From Mycobacterium leprae TN (GTDB lineage Bacteria; Actinomycetota; Actinomycetes; Mycobacteriales; Mycobacteriaceae), in NCBI RefSeq assembly GCF_000195855.1, contig NC_002677.1, positions 2,790,001 to 2,822,000 of the forward strand: a DNA stretch of 32,000 nucleotides, read 5' to 3'. A program made the position numbers and the translations under genes. Below the pieces are notes generated by a model that had not been told where the DNA came from, searched no databases, and saw only the letters and a program-made list of their open reading frames with translations. Positions 20,801-29,000 of this stretch are shown piece by piece. Each line of letters opens with the position of its first letter. Position 1 is the stretch's first letter.

Positions 20801-21474
20801 CGCAAGCTCTGACACGCCAGGTGCACCGCCACCAACGACGACGAGCAAGCCGTGTCGATGACCACGGCCGGTCCACGAACCCCGAGGATATAGGCCAACC
20901 GTCCAGCAGCAAAGTTCGCCGAATTTCCGGTTGGTATGTAGGCGTCGAGATCTTCGGGACGCAACCGGCCCGCCAACGTGAGCATATAATCGTAAGCGGT
21001 AACACCGACGAATACCGAGGTTTGAGTCCCACGAATGGTGTGCGGCGCGACACCCGCGTCTTCCAACGCTTCCCAAGCGACCTCAATCAACAACCGCTGC
21101 TGCGGGTCCATTGCCGATGCTTCGCGCGGGGAAATTGAGAAGAACTCCGCATCGAACTCATCAGGCTGCCAGCCGGTGAGAAAACCGCCTTCGGTGCTGC
21201 ATATCGTGCCCGGCACGGTGTGATCGTCCGTATAGTAGGCATCGGCATCCCATCGGTCGGAAGGAACCCGAACGATGCCGCTTCGGCCATCGCACAACAG
21301 ATCCCAGAACTGTTCGGGGTTGTTGACCCCGCCCGGGAATCGGCACCCCATGCCGATCACTGCGATCGGCTCAGTGCTGGACTTTTCGGCGATTTCCAGG
21401 CGTGCAGTGAGATCATCGATCTTGTGCAACGCCTCGGTGATGATCGCCCGGCGATCAGGTGTCGAGGCGGTCAT
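14869..21474 (-). CDS. ppsC: Type I polyketide synthase PpsC (KS-AT-DH-ER-KR-ACP, fully reducing module)
   Basis: 2201-aa ORF whose ATG (21472-21474) overlaps the ppsB TGA as ATGA. KS: Cys210 at nt 20845-20847. AT: GHSMGE, Ser663 at nt 19486-19488, and VAPH at nt 19180-19191. DH: HPLLG and [10 protein letters not shown], His969 at nt 18568-18570. ER: [11 protein letters not shown] at nt 16600-16632. KR: GGMGGLG and AYAAAN (nt ~15505-16032). ACP: LGLDSLMG, Ser2118 at nt 15121-15123. Confidence 0.95.
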   Translation of the reverse strand: MTASTPDRRAIITEALHKIDDLTARLEIAEKSSTEPIAVIGMGCRFPGGVNNPEQFWDLLCDGRSGIVRVPSDRWDADAYYTDDHTVPGTICSTEGGFLTGWQPDEFDAEFFSISPREASAMDPQQRLLIEVAWEALEDAGVAPHTIRGTQTSVFVGVTAYDYMLTLAGRLRPEDLDAYIPTGNSANFAAGRLAYILGVRGPAVVIDTACSSSLVAVHLACQSLRHRESDAALVGGTNLLLSPGPSIACSRWGMLSPAGQCKAFDVSADGYVRGEGAGVVVLKRLDDAVRDGNRILAIVRGSAVNQDGASSGVTVPNGPAQQELLRTALASSKLTAADIDYIEAHGTGTPLGDPIELDSLSKVFSDRQSRRGSVPLVIGSVKTNLGHLEAAAGIAGFIKAVLAVQRGFIPRHLNFHQLTTHASEAASRLNIASEGLEWPTVGRPRRAGVSSFGVSGTNAHVVLEQAPDPVAVPAPGPALRLVPAVSTLVVSGKTVQRVAATASVLADWMEGPGAAVPLTDVAHTLNHHRARHTKFGTVAAVDRGQAVAGLRALAAGQSTSGVVAPRDSVVGPGTVFVYSGRGSQWAGMGRQLMADEPAFAEAIAKLEHEFVVQAGFSLHEVIANGKELVGIEQIQLGLMGMQLALTELWRSYGVEPDAVIGHSMGEVAAAVVAGALTPTQGLRVTATRSRLMAPLSGQGTMALLELDAVATEALIADYPQVSLGIYASPRQTVIAGPTAMIDALIDKVRQQDGFATRVNIEVAPHNPAMDALQPQMRSELADLTPQQPTIPIISTTYEDFGSTPVFDVEHWATNMRNPVRFQQAITHASSGVGGDYHTFIEISAHPLLTHSISDILCSIAGTAEENAVGAGYLSIGTLQRDAHDTLEFHTNLNATHTSRPPRTPHPPEPHPVLPITPWQHTRHWISAMSAAYHRADTHPLLGVGVTDPTSGTRVWESQLGPDLLWLGDHVIDDLCVLPGAAYAEVALAAATDTFPNERVEGDQPWMIYELDLHQVLHVTEGTVLVTTLTGDQQRCRIEMRTRNGFSGWTTHATATVGPAESVQPSDREERTATPVDVVDELGPEDLYQRLCSAGQQHGPAFQGIVGLAVEESGAARAEVRLPSSARMGFRDFLLHPVMMDIALQTLGATRMATDLAGGPTARKTLVLPVRFAGVHVYGDVTRGVCAVGLLTATEGLDRLVGEVVLTDLDGQPLLVIDEVQMTVLGAGSDATELTDRLFTLEWEPTPLYKEVSRSSAQGGLLLIGDVAAGDPLLLALQSSLRARLSENGPPPVDCVSFSDEVKLQAAITRTDISWDGIVVVCPPRASDESLPDDAQLELAQTRTLQIAGVVQAVTQMGARKSPRLWIVTRGAQQLNAGESVTLAQTELRGIVRVLTFEHSELKATLLDIEADGTDSLDDLTEELLAGSNHDEVAYRDGQRYVNRLVPAPITPKGELAGETRRKVVELGGLGAVQLQIDQPGRLDALTVHQVKRGEPEGDQVEVRVVAAGLNFSDVLKAMGVYPGLDGGAPAIGGECVGYVTAIGDDVDSVEVGQRVIAFGPGTFGTYVGTIADLVVPIPDTLSDHEAATFGVAYLTAWHCLCEVGRLSPGERVLIHSATGGVGMAAVSIAKMLGARIYTTAGSDAKRQMLSELGVEYVGDSRSVDFADEILELTHGYGVDIILNSLADKAIQRGVQILAPGGRFIEIGKKDVYDDANLGLAALAKSASFSVVDLDLNLKLHPARYRQLLQHILAHVADGRLPVLPVTEFSLHNAADAFRLMASGKHTGKIVISIPYEGNIEAIASPPPVPLVSQDGGYLVVGGMGGLGFVFARWLAEQGAGLIVLNGRSSPSDDVTAAIADLTAAGHRIEVVTGDISEPGTADRLVHAVQSAGFRLAGVLHSAMVLADEIMLNMTDSAARRVFVPKVTGSWRLHQATAAFEVDWWLTFSSASSLLGTPGQGAYAAANAWVDGLVAYRRSLGLPAVGINWGPWAEVGRAQFFAGLGVSLLTAEQGLAAMQTVLAADRAQTGVFSLDARQWFQSFPAVAGSSLFANLRDTATLKSGERRGVGKIRAQLDVLDAAERPGHLASAIADEIRAVLRSSDPIDHDRPLEALGLDSLMGLELRNRLEASLGITLPVALVWAYPTTADLAAALCERMDYALPAEVQEATDTNAELSKAEMDLLSDLVEASELEAATRGES
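16090..17067 (-). other. Enoylreductase (MDR-type) domain of PpsC, the only ER in the window
   Basis: Contains the NADPH-binding motif [11 protein letters not shown] (nt 16600-16632) and MDR-like flanks (GLNFSDVL ... GKHTGKIV). It lies between the DH and the KR. Confidence 0.85.
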
Positions 21475-24400
21475 TGCGTTCCTCTTAGTCTTTCCGAAAG
21501 TTGATCCAACAACTCGGATTCAGTGAATTCGTCATATGCGTCGGCCGTTGTCCGCCCAGATGGTGCTTCTGGTTCCAGAAATTCAGGCAGTATAGTGGCC
21601 AGATAATCGGTAAGACTGTACACGGTCGGGTAGTCAAAAACGACAGACGCCGGCAGAAACTCGCCAAGGCTGTCCGACAAGGCTCTCTGCAACGTCACGC
21701 TCATCAGCGAGTCCATGCCTAGTTGGAAGAAGCCAGCCGACGGGTCGAGTGTTTCAGCGGGAAGCAGTCCCATCGCCTTGGCGACCAGAGCACTAACGTG
21801 GTCGAACAACATGTTATGTCGGCGTTCTGCCTGGCAAGTCCGTAGGGCTTTGCGGAATTCACTTTCCTGCATCAGTACCTCGCCCGGTGCGGGCAGCAGG
21901 TCATCGACCATGCGCAGCACCCCGCGGGTCTGGTATGCAGCGGCCAGTAGCGGCCAATCCGCTGCCGCCACAACCGAATGCACTGGCGCGTCCGGGCTCA
22001 TCACCAACGGCAATGCCCCGATCGCTACGTCGTCAGTCATGGGTTGCAGGCCGGATTCAGCGCTTACCTGGGTCGCGTCTTGCTGCGCGTCGGCCAGCGA
22101 TTTCCACAAGCCCCAGGCCACGACAGTGGCAGGCAATCCTACCAGCCGCCGGGCGTAGCCCAGAATGTCCAGGAAAGCACTGGTCGCGGTGTAATGCGCC
22201 AGCCATCGTGAACCGATAAGACCTGAGATCGAGGAGAACAAAAGAAAGTATTTTACAGGCTGTTTCAGCGACAAACGGTGCAACAGCGATGCGACGTCCA
22301 GTTTGGGTCGGAACATCGCGACCACGTCGTTATCAGTCATGTCGCTCAGCAAGACCGGACGGCCAGCAAAAGCCGCTAAGTAGATTCCCTCTAGCGGAGG
22401 CAGATCCACTCCAAAACGATCGAACAACGCAGTCATCGCGGTAGGGTCGGTCGCATCCGCCGCAACCGAGATGAGGTTCGTCCCGGTTGCGGCGAGGTTC
22501 TTATCCAGCTCTAACAGCCGGGTGCTGGGATTGCGAGACACGGCGACGATCGTCGTGGCCCCCATCGCGGCGAGCTGACGGATCAGATGCGGTCCGATAT
22601 TTCCGGTGGCCCCGATGACGAGCTGAGTGGTATCTTGCCCCGAACTCAACTTCACCGACGACACCGCGGATGCAGTTCGCCTTTGCAGCCGTGGTGCGCG
22701 ACGTAGACACGCTCGGTAGACGACCTGGTCCTCTCGGTCTTTTTCGTCCTGGCTAGCGACTTCGTCCAATATGCACCGGGCAGCCAACTCGGGAGGCATC
22801 GACGCATCGAGATCGATGACACTACCCCAAATTTCGGGATGTTCCAGCGCCAATGTTCGGCCAAAGCCCCACAACACCGCGTGGGCGGGGTTGGCGCGCT
22901 CACCCACTGCAACGGGTTGAGCATTGCGAGTCACGACGACGAGTTTCGGTTTCGAAGTACCCGCAACCATCGCGGCCGCCAACCGTCGCACCGCATGGAA
23001 CAGCCGGTACCCGGACTCCGGATCGACAGGGTCGACAGATTCGGTCGAGACCGATGGTGCATAGAGTACGTTATCGACACCCCGTAAAGCGTTATGCAGG
23101 TCATGCAGCGTGCTCACATCATGATCAAGCGCCGAAGGTGCGAGGTACTCAACCCGGGATGCAGGATCGGCCAATACCACCAACCGAGCCAGTTCATCCG
23201 ACAGTCCGGCATCGGACACCACCAGCCACGAGCCGCTGCTGGCCCACGTCGCACCAGGCTCACTTGTCAGGGGCCGAGTCGGCCAGTCAAGCTGGTAGAT
23301 CCAGTCATCGAGTTCCGTGTTTCCAATTCCGGTAGCGTGCGTCGTAACCCTGTTGCGGTCGAGATGTTGCAGCGCGGTCGTGCTTGCCAGCGGTGTGGTG
23401 ATCCAGTGGCGGGTGTGCTGCCAGGGAGTGCTGGGGATAGTTACGTGTGGTTCCGCAGGATGAGGGGTGTGTGGTGGGTGGACGGTGTGGACGTTGTTGA
23501 GGTTGGTGTGAAAGGTGACGGTGTCGTCGGCATCGCGTTGCAGGGTCCCAATGCTGATGCACCGGGTACCGTGCAGGGTGTCAGTAATGGCTTGGGTCAG
23601 CAGCGGGTGTGCACTGATTTCGATGAAAGTGCGGTGGTCAGTTCCAGCGGTCATGATGGCCTGCTGGAAATGCACTGGGTTGCGCATGTTGGTGGCCCAG
23701 TGCTGGGCATCGAACACCGGGCACGAGCCAAGGTCAGCATAGGTGGTGGAAAGGATCGGAATCGTCGGAGTCCGTGGGGCCACATCGGCGAGCTCGGAAC
23801 GCATCTGCGGCTGCAGCGCATCCATCGCCGGATTGTGGGGGGCCACTTCAATATTGACCCGACTGGCAAACCGATTCTGCGCGCGCACCCGGTCAATCAA
23901 CTCATCGATCTGTTCAGTGGGCCCGGCAATCACCGTTTGGCGCGGCGAATTGTAAATCGCCAATGTCACCTGCGAGTAGTCGACAATCAACGCCTCCGTC
24001 TCGACCGCGTCGAGTTCGAGCAGTGCCATACCGCCCTGCCCAGACAGCGGGGCCATCAGCCGCGACCGAGTGGCTGTCACCCGCAGCCCCTCAGCGGCGG
24101 TAAGCGCCCCAGCCACCACGGCGGCGGCCACCTCACCCAGCGAATGCCCGATCACCAAATCAGGTTGCACCCCATAGGAACGCCACAACTCAGTCAGCGT
24201 CAGTTGCATGCCGATTAACCCCAGCTGGATCTGCTCGATACCAACCAGTTCTTTGCCATTAGCGAGCACATCGTGCAACGAGAAACCGGCGTGGACAACA
24301 AACACCGGTTCCAACTCGGCAACCGCGGCCGTGAAAGCCGGTTCATCGGCCAGCAATTGACGCCCCATCCCCGCCCACTGCGAACCACGTCCCGAGTACA

Positions 24401-26093
24401 CAAACACCGTTCCTGACCCAGGTGTGCCATCCTGCTGCCCGACCACACCGGGCGCCTGTTTGCCGGCGGCCAACGCCCGCAATCCAGCCACTGCCTGGAT
24501 CCGATCACGGGCAACCACGGTGCCGAACTTGGCGTGCCGCGACCGGTGATGATTCAATGTATGGGCCACATCAGCCAACGCCACTTCAGCACCGGGCCCC
24601 TCAACCCAATCGGCCAGCATCCCCGCCATCGCTGCCACCCGCGACGCCGTCTTACCCGTCACCACCAACGTCGACACCGCAGTGTTGGAACTGCATTCTG
24701 TGACCGGTGTCAGCTCAGGACCCTGCTCAATGACAACATGCGCGTTCGTCCCACCGAGGCCAAACGATGACACCGCCGCGCGCCGCGGCCCTGCTTGACC
24801 GTCCGAGATCGGCCACGAGGAGTTCTCAGTGGGGACGAAGAATCTAGTCGATGCAGCGTCGATAGCCGGATTCCATTGCGAAAAATGCAGATTCGGTGGA
24901 ATCTGGCCACGCTGCACCGCCAACACTGTCTTGATGAAGCCGGCGATGCCCGCAGCAGCCTCCAAGTGACCCAGGTTAGTCTTAACAGCCCCCAGCGCAC
25001 ATGCGCTCTCACCGCGGCCATACGTGGCCGCCAGCGCCTCGAATTCGATTGGGTCACCCAGGACGGTACCGGTGCCATGGGATTCGACGTAGTTCACGCT
25101 TTCGGGCGCAACGTCACTAGAGCGCAAGGCATCGGTGATCACATCACACTGCGCCGCCGTATTCGGAGCGGTAACGCCGTTGGAGCGGCCATCCTGATTG
25201 ACAGCAGAACCGCGCACCACCGCCAACACCAGATCTCCGTCACGAACCGCATCGGTCAACCGTTTAAGCACCACTACGCCAGCACCTTCACCGCGCACAA
25301 ACCCGTCCGCCGCAGCATCGAACGCCGCACACCTGCCGTGCGGAGACAACAATCCCCATGCAGAAATTGCGATTTGCGTCTCCGGGCGCAGCGTGATGCT
25401 CACTCCGCCGGCGAGGACCAGGTCAGTTTCGCGTAGCCGCAAACTTTGGCAAGCTAGGTGCACCGCCACCAGCGACGACGAGCACGCTGTATCAACCGCC
25501 ACCGATGGACCACGCAGCCCCAACAGGTAGGAGATTCGGCCTACAGTGATGCTGTGAGCGTTTCCGGTTCCGCTGTAGGCGTCTACATTCTCCAGACTGG
25601 AGGCCAACATGGATTGGTATTCGTTGAAGTAGACGCCAATCATCACGCCGGTTCGGCTATTACCCAGGGAATCCGGTGGAATTCCAGCATTTTCGAGAGC
25701 TTCCCAGGCAACCTCGAGTAGTATCCGCTGCTGCGGGTCCATCGCTGCAGCTTCGCGTGGCGTGATACCGAAGAATGCCGCGTCGAAACCCGCGATATCG
25801 GAGACGAAACCGCCCCATTTCGTGGTCATCCGACCCGGCGTCAACGGGTCGGGGTCATAAAACGCATCCGCGTCCCAACGATCAGCCGGCACTCTCGAGA
25901 TCGCGTTGCGGCCGTCGATCAGCAGATCCCAGAAGCTATCCGGCCCGGTCACGTCCCCAGGAAACCGGCAACCGATCCCCACTACCGCGATGGGCTCTGC
26001 CACAGCAATCCGAGAGAGCTTGGTGAATTCTTCGATAAGAGCCGCGCGCTGCTGCGTGGTCATGCCGGAAATCCGGCTGAAAGCGGTCCGCAT
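21471..26093 (-). CDS. ppsB: Type I polyketide synthase PpsB (KS-AT-KR-ACP)
   Basis: 1540-aa ORF whose ATG (26091-26093) immediately follows the ppsA TAA (26094-26096). KS: DTACSSS, Cys204 at nt 25482-25484. AT: GHSLGE, Ser651 at nt 24141-24143, and VAPH at nt 23835-23846. KR is a divergent type: IGATGNIG aa 1160-1167, Tyr1301 in AHYTATSAF (nt ~22104-22631). ACP: LGMDSLMS, Ser1462 at nt 21708-21710. Confidence 0.95.
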   Translation of the reverse strand: MRTAFSRISGMTTQQRAALIEEFTKLSRIAVAEPIAVVGIGCRFPGDVTGPDSFWDLLIDGRNAISRVPADRWDADAFYDPDPLTPGRMTTKWGGFVSDIAGFDAAFFGITPREAAAMDPQQRILLEVAWEALENAGIPPDSLGNSRTGVMIGVYFNEYQSMLASSLENVDAYSGTGNAHSITVGRISYLLGLRGPSVAVDTACSSSLVAVHLACQSLRLRETDLVLAGGVSITLRPETQIAISAWGLLSPHGRCAAFDAAADGFVRGEGAGVVVLKRLTDAVRDGDLVLAVVRGSAVNQDGRSNGVTAPNTAAQCDVITDALRSSDVAPESVNYVESHGTGTVLGDPIEFEALAATYGRGESACALGAVKTNLGHLEAAAGIAGFIKTVLAVQRGQIPPNLHFSQWNPAIDAASTRFFVPTENSSWPISDGQAGPRRAAVSSFGLGGTNAHVVIEQGPELTPVTECSSNTAVSTLVVTGKTASRVAAMAGMLADWVEGPGAEVALADVAHTLNHHRSRHAKFGTVVARDRIQAVAGLRALAAGKQAPGVVGQQDGTPGSGTVFVYSGRGSQWAGMGRQLLADEPAFTAAVAELEPVFVVHAGFSLHDVLANGKELVGIEQIQLGLIGMQLTLTELWRSYGVQPDLVIGHSLGEVAAAVVAGALTAAEGLRVTATRSRLMAPLSGQGGMALLELDAVETEALIVDYSQVTLAIYNSPRQTVIAGPTEQIDELIDRVRAQNRFASRVNIEVAPHNPAMDALQPQMRSELADVAPRTPTIPILSTTYADLGSCPVFDAQHWATNMRNPVHFQQAIMTAGTDHRTFIEISAHPLLTQAITDTLHGTRCISIGTLQRDADDTVTFHTNLNNVHTVHPPHTPHPAEPHVTIPSTPWQHTRHWITTPLASTTALQHLDRNRVTTHATGIGNTELDDWIYQLDWPTRPLTSEPGATWASSGSWLVVSDAGLSDELARLVVLADPASRVEYLAPSALDHDVSTLHDLHNALRGVDNVLYAPSVSTESVDPVDPESGYRLFHAVRRLAAAMVAGTSKPKLVVVTRNAQPVAVGERANPAHAVLWGFGRTLALEHPEIWGSVIDLDASMPPELAARCILDEVASQDEKDREDQVVYRACLRRAPRLQRRTASAVSSVKLSSGQDTTQLVIGATGNIGPHLIRQLAAMGATTIVAVSRNPSTRLLELDKNLAATGTNLISVAADATDPTAMTALFDRFGVDLPPLEGIYLAAFAGRPVLLSDMTDNDVVAMFRPKLDVASLLHRLSLKQPVKYFLLFSSISGLIGSRWLAHYTATSAFLDILGYARRLVGLPATVVAWGLWKSLADAQQDATQVSAESGLQPMTDDVAIGALPLVMSPDAPVHSVVAAADWPLLAAAYQTRGVLRMVDDLLPAPGEVLMQESEFRKALRTCQAERRHNMLFDHVSALVAKAMGLLPAETLDPSAGFFQLGMDSLMSVTLQRALSDSLGEFLPASVVFDYPTVYSLTDYLATILPEFLEPEAPSGRTTADAYDEFTESELLDQLSERLRGTQ
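23400..24786 (-). repeat. Direct repeat copy 1, inside ppsB (KS C-terminus, KS-AT linker, AT, post-AT linker)
   Basis: I compared every 60-nt line. Nt 23400-24757 are identical to 28809-30166 (1358 bp, offset 5409). There is one mismatch at 24758 (g) vs 30167 (a), giving Leu446 in PpsB and Phe515 in PpsA. A further 28 identical nt follow, to 24786/30195. Confidence 0.97.
24890..24992 (-). repeat. 103-bp tract in the ppsB KS identical to 30290-30392 in the ppsA KS
   Basis: Both copies read gattcggtggaatctggccacgctgcaccgcc...cttaacagcccc, at offset 5400 (a 9-nt indel relative to the main repeat). They encode [27 protein letters not shown]. Flanking sequence is clearly diverged. Confidence 0.9.
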
Positions 26094-29000
26094 TTACACC
26101 AACCCTTCGGCCTCAGTCGATGTCGATTCGATGCGGTCGAAGAGACTATCTAATACGCCTCCTGCCGAGGCGGATAAGGCGGCCATCTCGTCTCCTTGCG
26201 AATCGTGCTGCGGTGCGACAACTTTTGTCAGATACGCGGCTAGTAACGCAACGGTTGGATGGTTGAACAGCATGATTGCCGACAGCTCTATACCAATGAA
26301 TTGCTCGGCTTCACGCCGAATCGCCATTGCCATAAGGGAGTTGAGTCCAAGTTCGGCGAATGGTCGATCTGTATCCAGCTCCGCCTCGGCCACCCGGAGC
26401 TCTGCGGCGATGATGGTCCGTAAGCCACTTTCAAGCTCCTTCCGTACCTCGGCGGCCTCCATCTGCGACCAATTTCGTGCCGGGACTAGATAGCTATCCC
26501 CGGCAGTCGATCCGGCGGACCCGTAGGACCTAGGGACCGGCAATACAACCGCCTGTGCAACGTCGTAGGCATCGACGTACTCCCACGCGGTGAACGCTTC
26601 CGAAGGCGTGATATCACGCGACCCCATTCGCTGCAACTCATCACTGACAATCTGCGCGTTAGCGGCGAATCCGAGCCCGCGCCAGGCTACCCAGTCGATG
26701 CTCATAGTGTGGCAGCCCTGCTGGCGACGCGTACGCGCCAACGCGTCCAGGTAGGAATTGGCGGCAGCGTAAGAGCCCTGACCCGGGATGCCGAATATTC
26801 CTGCGGCCGAGGAGGTCAAGTAGAAAAAGTCCACACTGCCAGGTGGAAAGGCCTCGTGCAGCACCTGGCAGCCGGCGATCTTAGGCCACATAACTTGACG
26901 AACCGGATCGTCGGTCATGTTCGTCACTAGTTGGTCATTCGTAACGCCTGCCGCATGAATGATCCCCCGGATCGGCGCGGCGCCGTCACGGTCACGCTTG
27001 GCCAACAAGGCCTGCACATCGTCGTGGTGTCCGACGTCAACCGCGACGGCTTCGACTGTCACTCCCCGCATCTCAAGGGCGCAAATAGCATCGATCTTCT
27101 GACGCAGTCCGGCATCGAGAGTGTCGAGTTCCCAGTCCCGCCTTGGCGGTAACGGTGTACGGCCCATCAACACCAGTCGACGAGCGCCGCGGTCAGCGAG
27201 CCAATCAGCCATCAGCAGACCAAGTGCACCCATTCCGCCGGTGATGAGGTAGGCCCCATCGGACTTGCATTGCAAAGATTTGCGCACCGGCTCACTTCGG
27301 ATCGGCACCAATGTCGGGGCAAGCACGACGCCGTCACGTAATACCACGATCGACCTGGTCGGTGTTTGAAGCAGACTGGCAAGCGTCGGCCCAAATTGGT
27401 CGAGAATGTCGTCGCGATCGGCTCCAAGAGCACTAGCCGCAAGATCGACGAGTCCACCCCACATCTCAGGATGCTCCGCGGCGATGACGCCCCCAAAACC
27501 CCACAGGAAGCTCTGGCGTAACGCGGACGAGGCCACCGATTCGTAAACTCCGCGTGTGACGATCCACAGTGCTACAGGCTTGCCCGGCTCCCGCTTCGCC
27601 AAAGCCCTCACCAAATCGCTGATCTCAGCAGTGATTCGCACGGCAAAGTCGACGTCGGTCTCGGCAGTGGTTGCCGGGTGGGGATCCGCGACATAAACAA
27701 CGTAACGTACCTCAGACACCCCATCAGCAGGCGCAGCCAACGTATAGCCCGCCTCCTTGAGCAGCAAGCCAAACCCAGCGCGAGCATCACCGATTACCGC
27801 GACAGACCCCGAACTGGCTACCGGGGTGTTGGAGCAATCCAGGTCGGTCCGCGGTTGCCAATCGATCGCATGCACGAAATTCCTGGCATCTGTAAGGGCA
27901 TCCACATGGGATTCAACGAAAACAGTCGAATAGTCCTGTTGCGCGTTGTCAAGGTCTAACGCTCGATACCGAAGTGACCGCATCAACGCCAACGGCACAC
28001 CGCTGCCGTCGGCGACGGTGACATCGACGGTAATCCCGTCGTCGTCGCAAGCAGTGCGATTTAGCGTCACCGCACCACATGGTCCTGTAGCGGTGTCGCC
28101 TAACCACACCTGCTTAATGCTTGCCGGCACGTAAAATTGCGTTTCGGTAACGTCCGCCAGCGCTGGGATAAGAATTGCGGCGTCGAGTAGCGGCGCGATC
28201 GCCCCGTCGGGCAGGGTATCGGGAAATTCGATCTCAACCGTGCGGCTGGTTGACTGCTGCGTCTTTTTCGCCCATGACTTGACGGACCACTCGAAAGGCA
28301 GGCCGTCAACCCCACACAGCGCGAGCAGCGAAGCTACGTCGGGAATCGGGTCCGAAATCACCTCAAGATGACCATTAATCTGATCCGGGTGGTCCGATGG
28401 AACCGCGGAACGCGCCGATGCTGAGGAAAGCTGCGCGGTCACATGCCGCGTCCACCGGTGCTGAGGAGTTTCGGTGGCCGGACTTGAGGCCAGGCTGATC
28501 AATTGGTTATCGACGACGACTTGGATCAAACGGGGGAGATTAGCGAAAATGGGTTGCTCGAATCGGATCTCGAATAGCGTAGAATAACCCAATTCTGCTG
28601 CAGCACAAAGGATTGTGCGCAGCACAATAGAAGCAGGGACCACCTCGACACCGTGGACTCGATGCCAACCCCTGTACGGCTTGGCCTGCGGCGCTAGCCG
28701 CGCCTGCCACAAGTGGATAGGAAGAATCCCTGAGACCGCGGTGTGTTGGCCAAGTAGCGTGCCCACCTGGGGTGCCAATCCAATAGAGTTGACCGAACGT
28801 TTCCGAGGGATCCAGTGGCGGGTGTGCTGCCAGGGAGTGCTGGGGATAGTTACGTGTGGTTCCGCAGGATGAGGGGTGTGTGGTGGGTGGACGGTGTGGA
28901 CGTTGTTGAGGTTGGTGTGAAAGGTGACGGTGTCGTCGGCATCGCGTTGCAGGGTCCCAATGCTGATGCACCGGGTACCGTGCAGGGTGTCAGTAATGGC

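Noticed and set aside
23094-24218. Long plus-strand ORFs antisense to the pps genes (e.g. 23094..24218 374 aa, 28815..29627 270 aa, 30607..31479 290 aa, 9864..10637 257 aa, 17525..18172 215 aa, 24795..25436 213 aa, 11865..12485 206 aa)
   Set aside because: They lie entirely inside, and antisense to, strongly supported PKS reading frames. Their translations are low-complexity and rich in Arg, Pro, Ser and Gly, with no recognisable motifs. This is the usual stop-codon-poor antisense artefact of GC-rich coding DNA.
23400-24786. Interpreting the 1.39-kb repeat as an insertion sequence or other mobile element
   Set aside because: Both copies are in frame within the PKS ORFs and encode a complete, motif-bearing AT domain with its linkers. 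They have no transposase, inverted repeats or target-site duplications. Intragenic gene conversion or domain duplication explains them.
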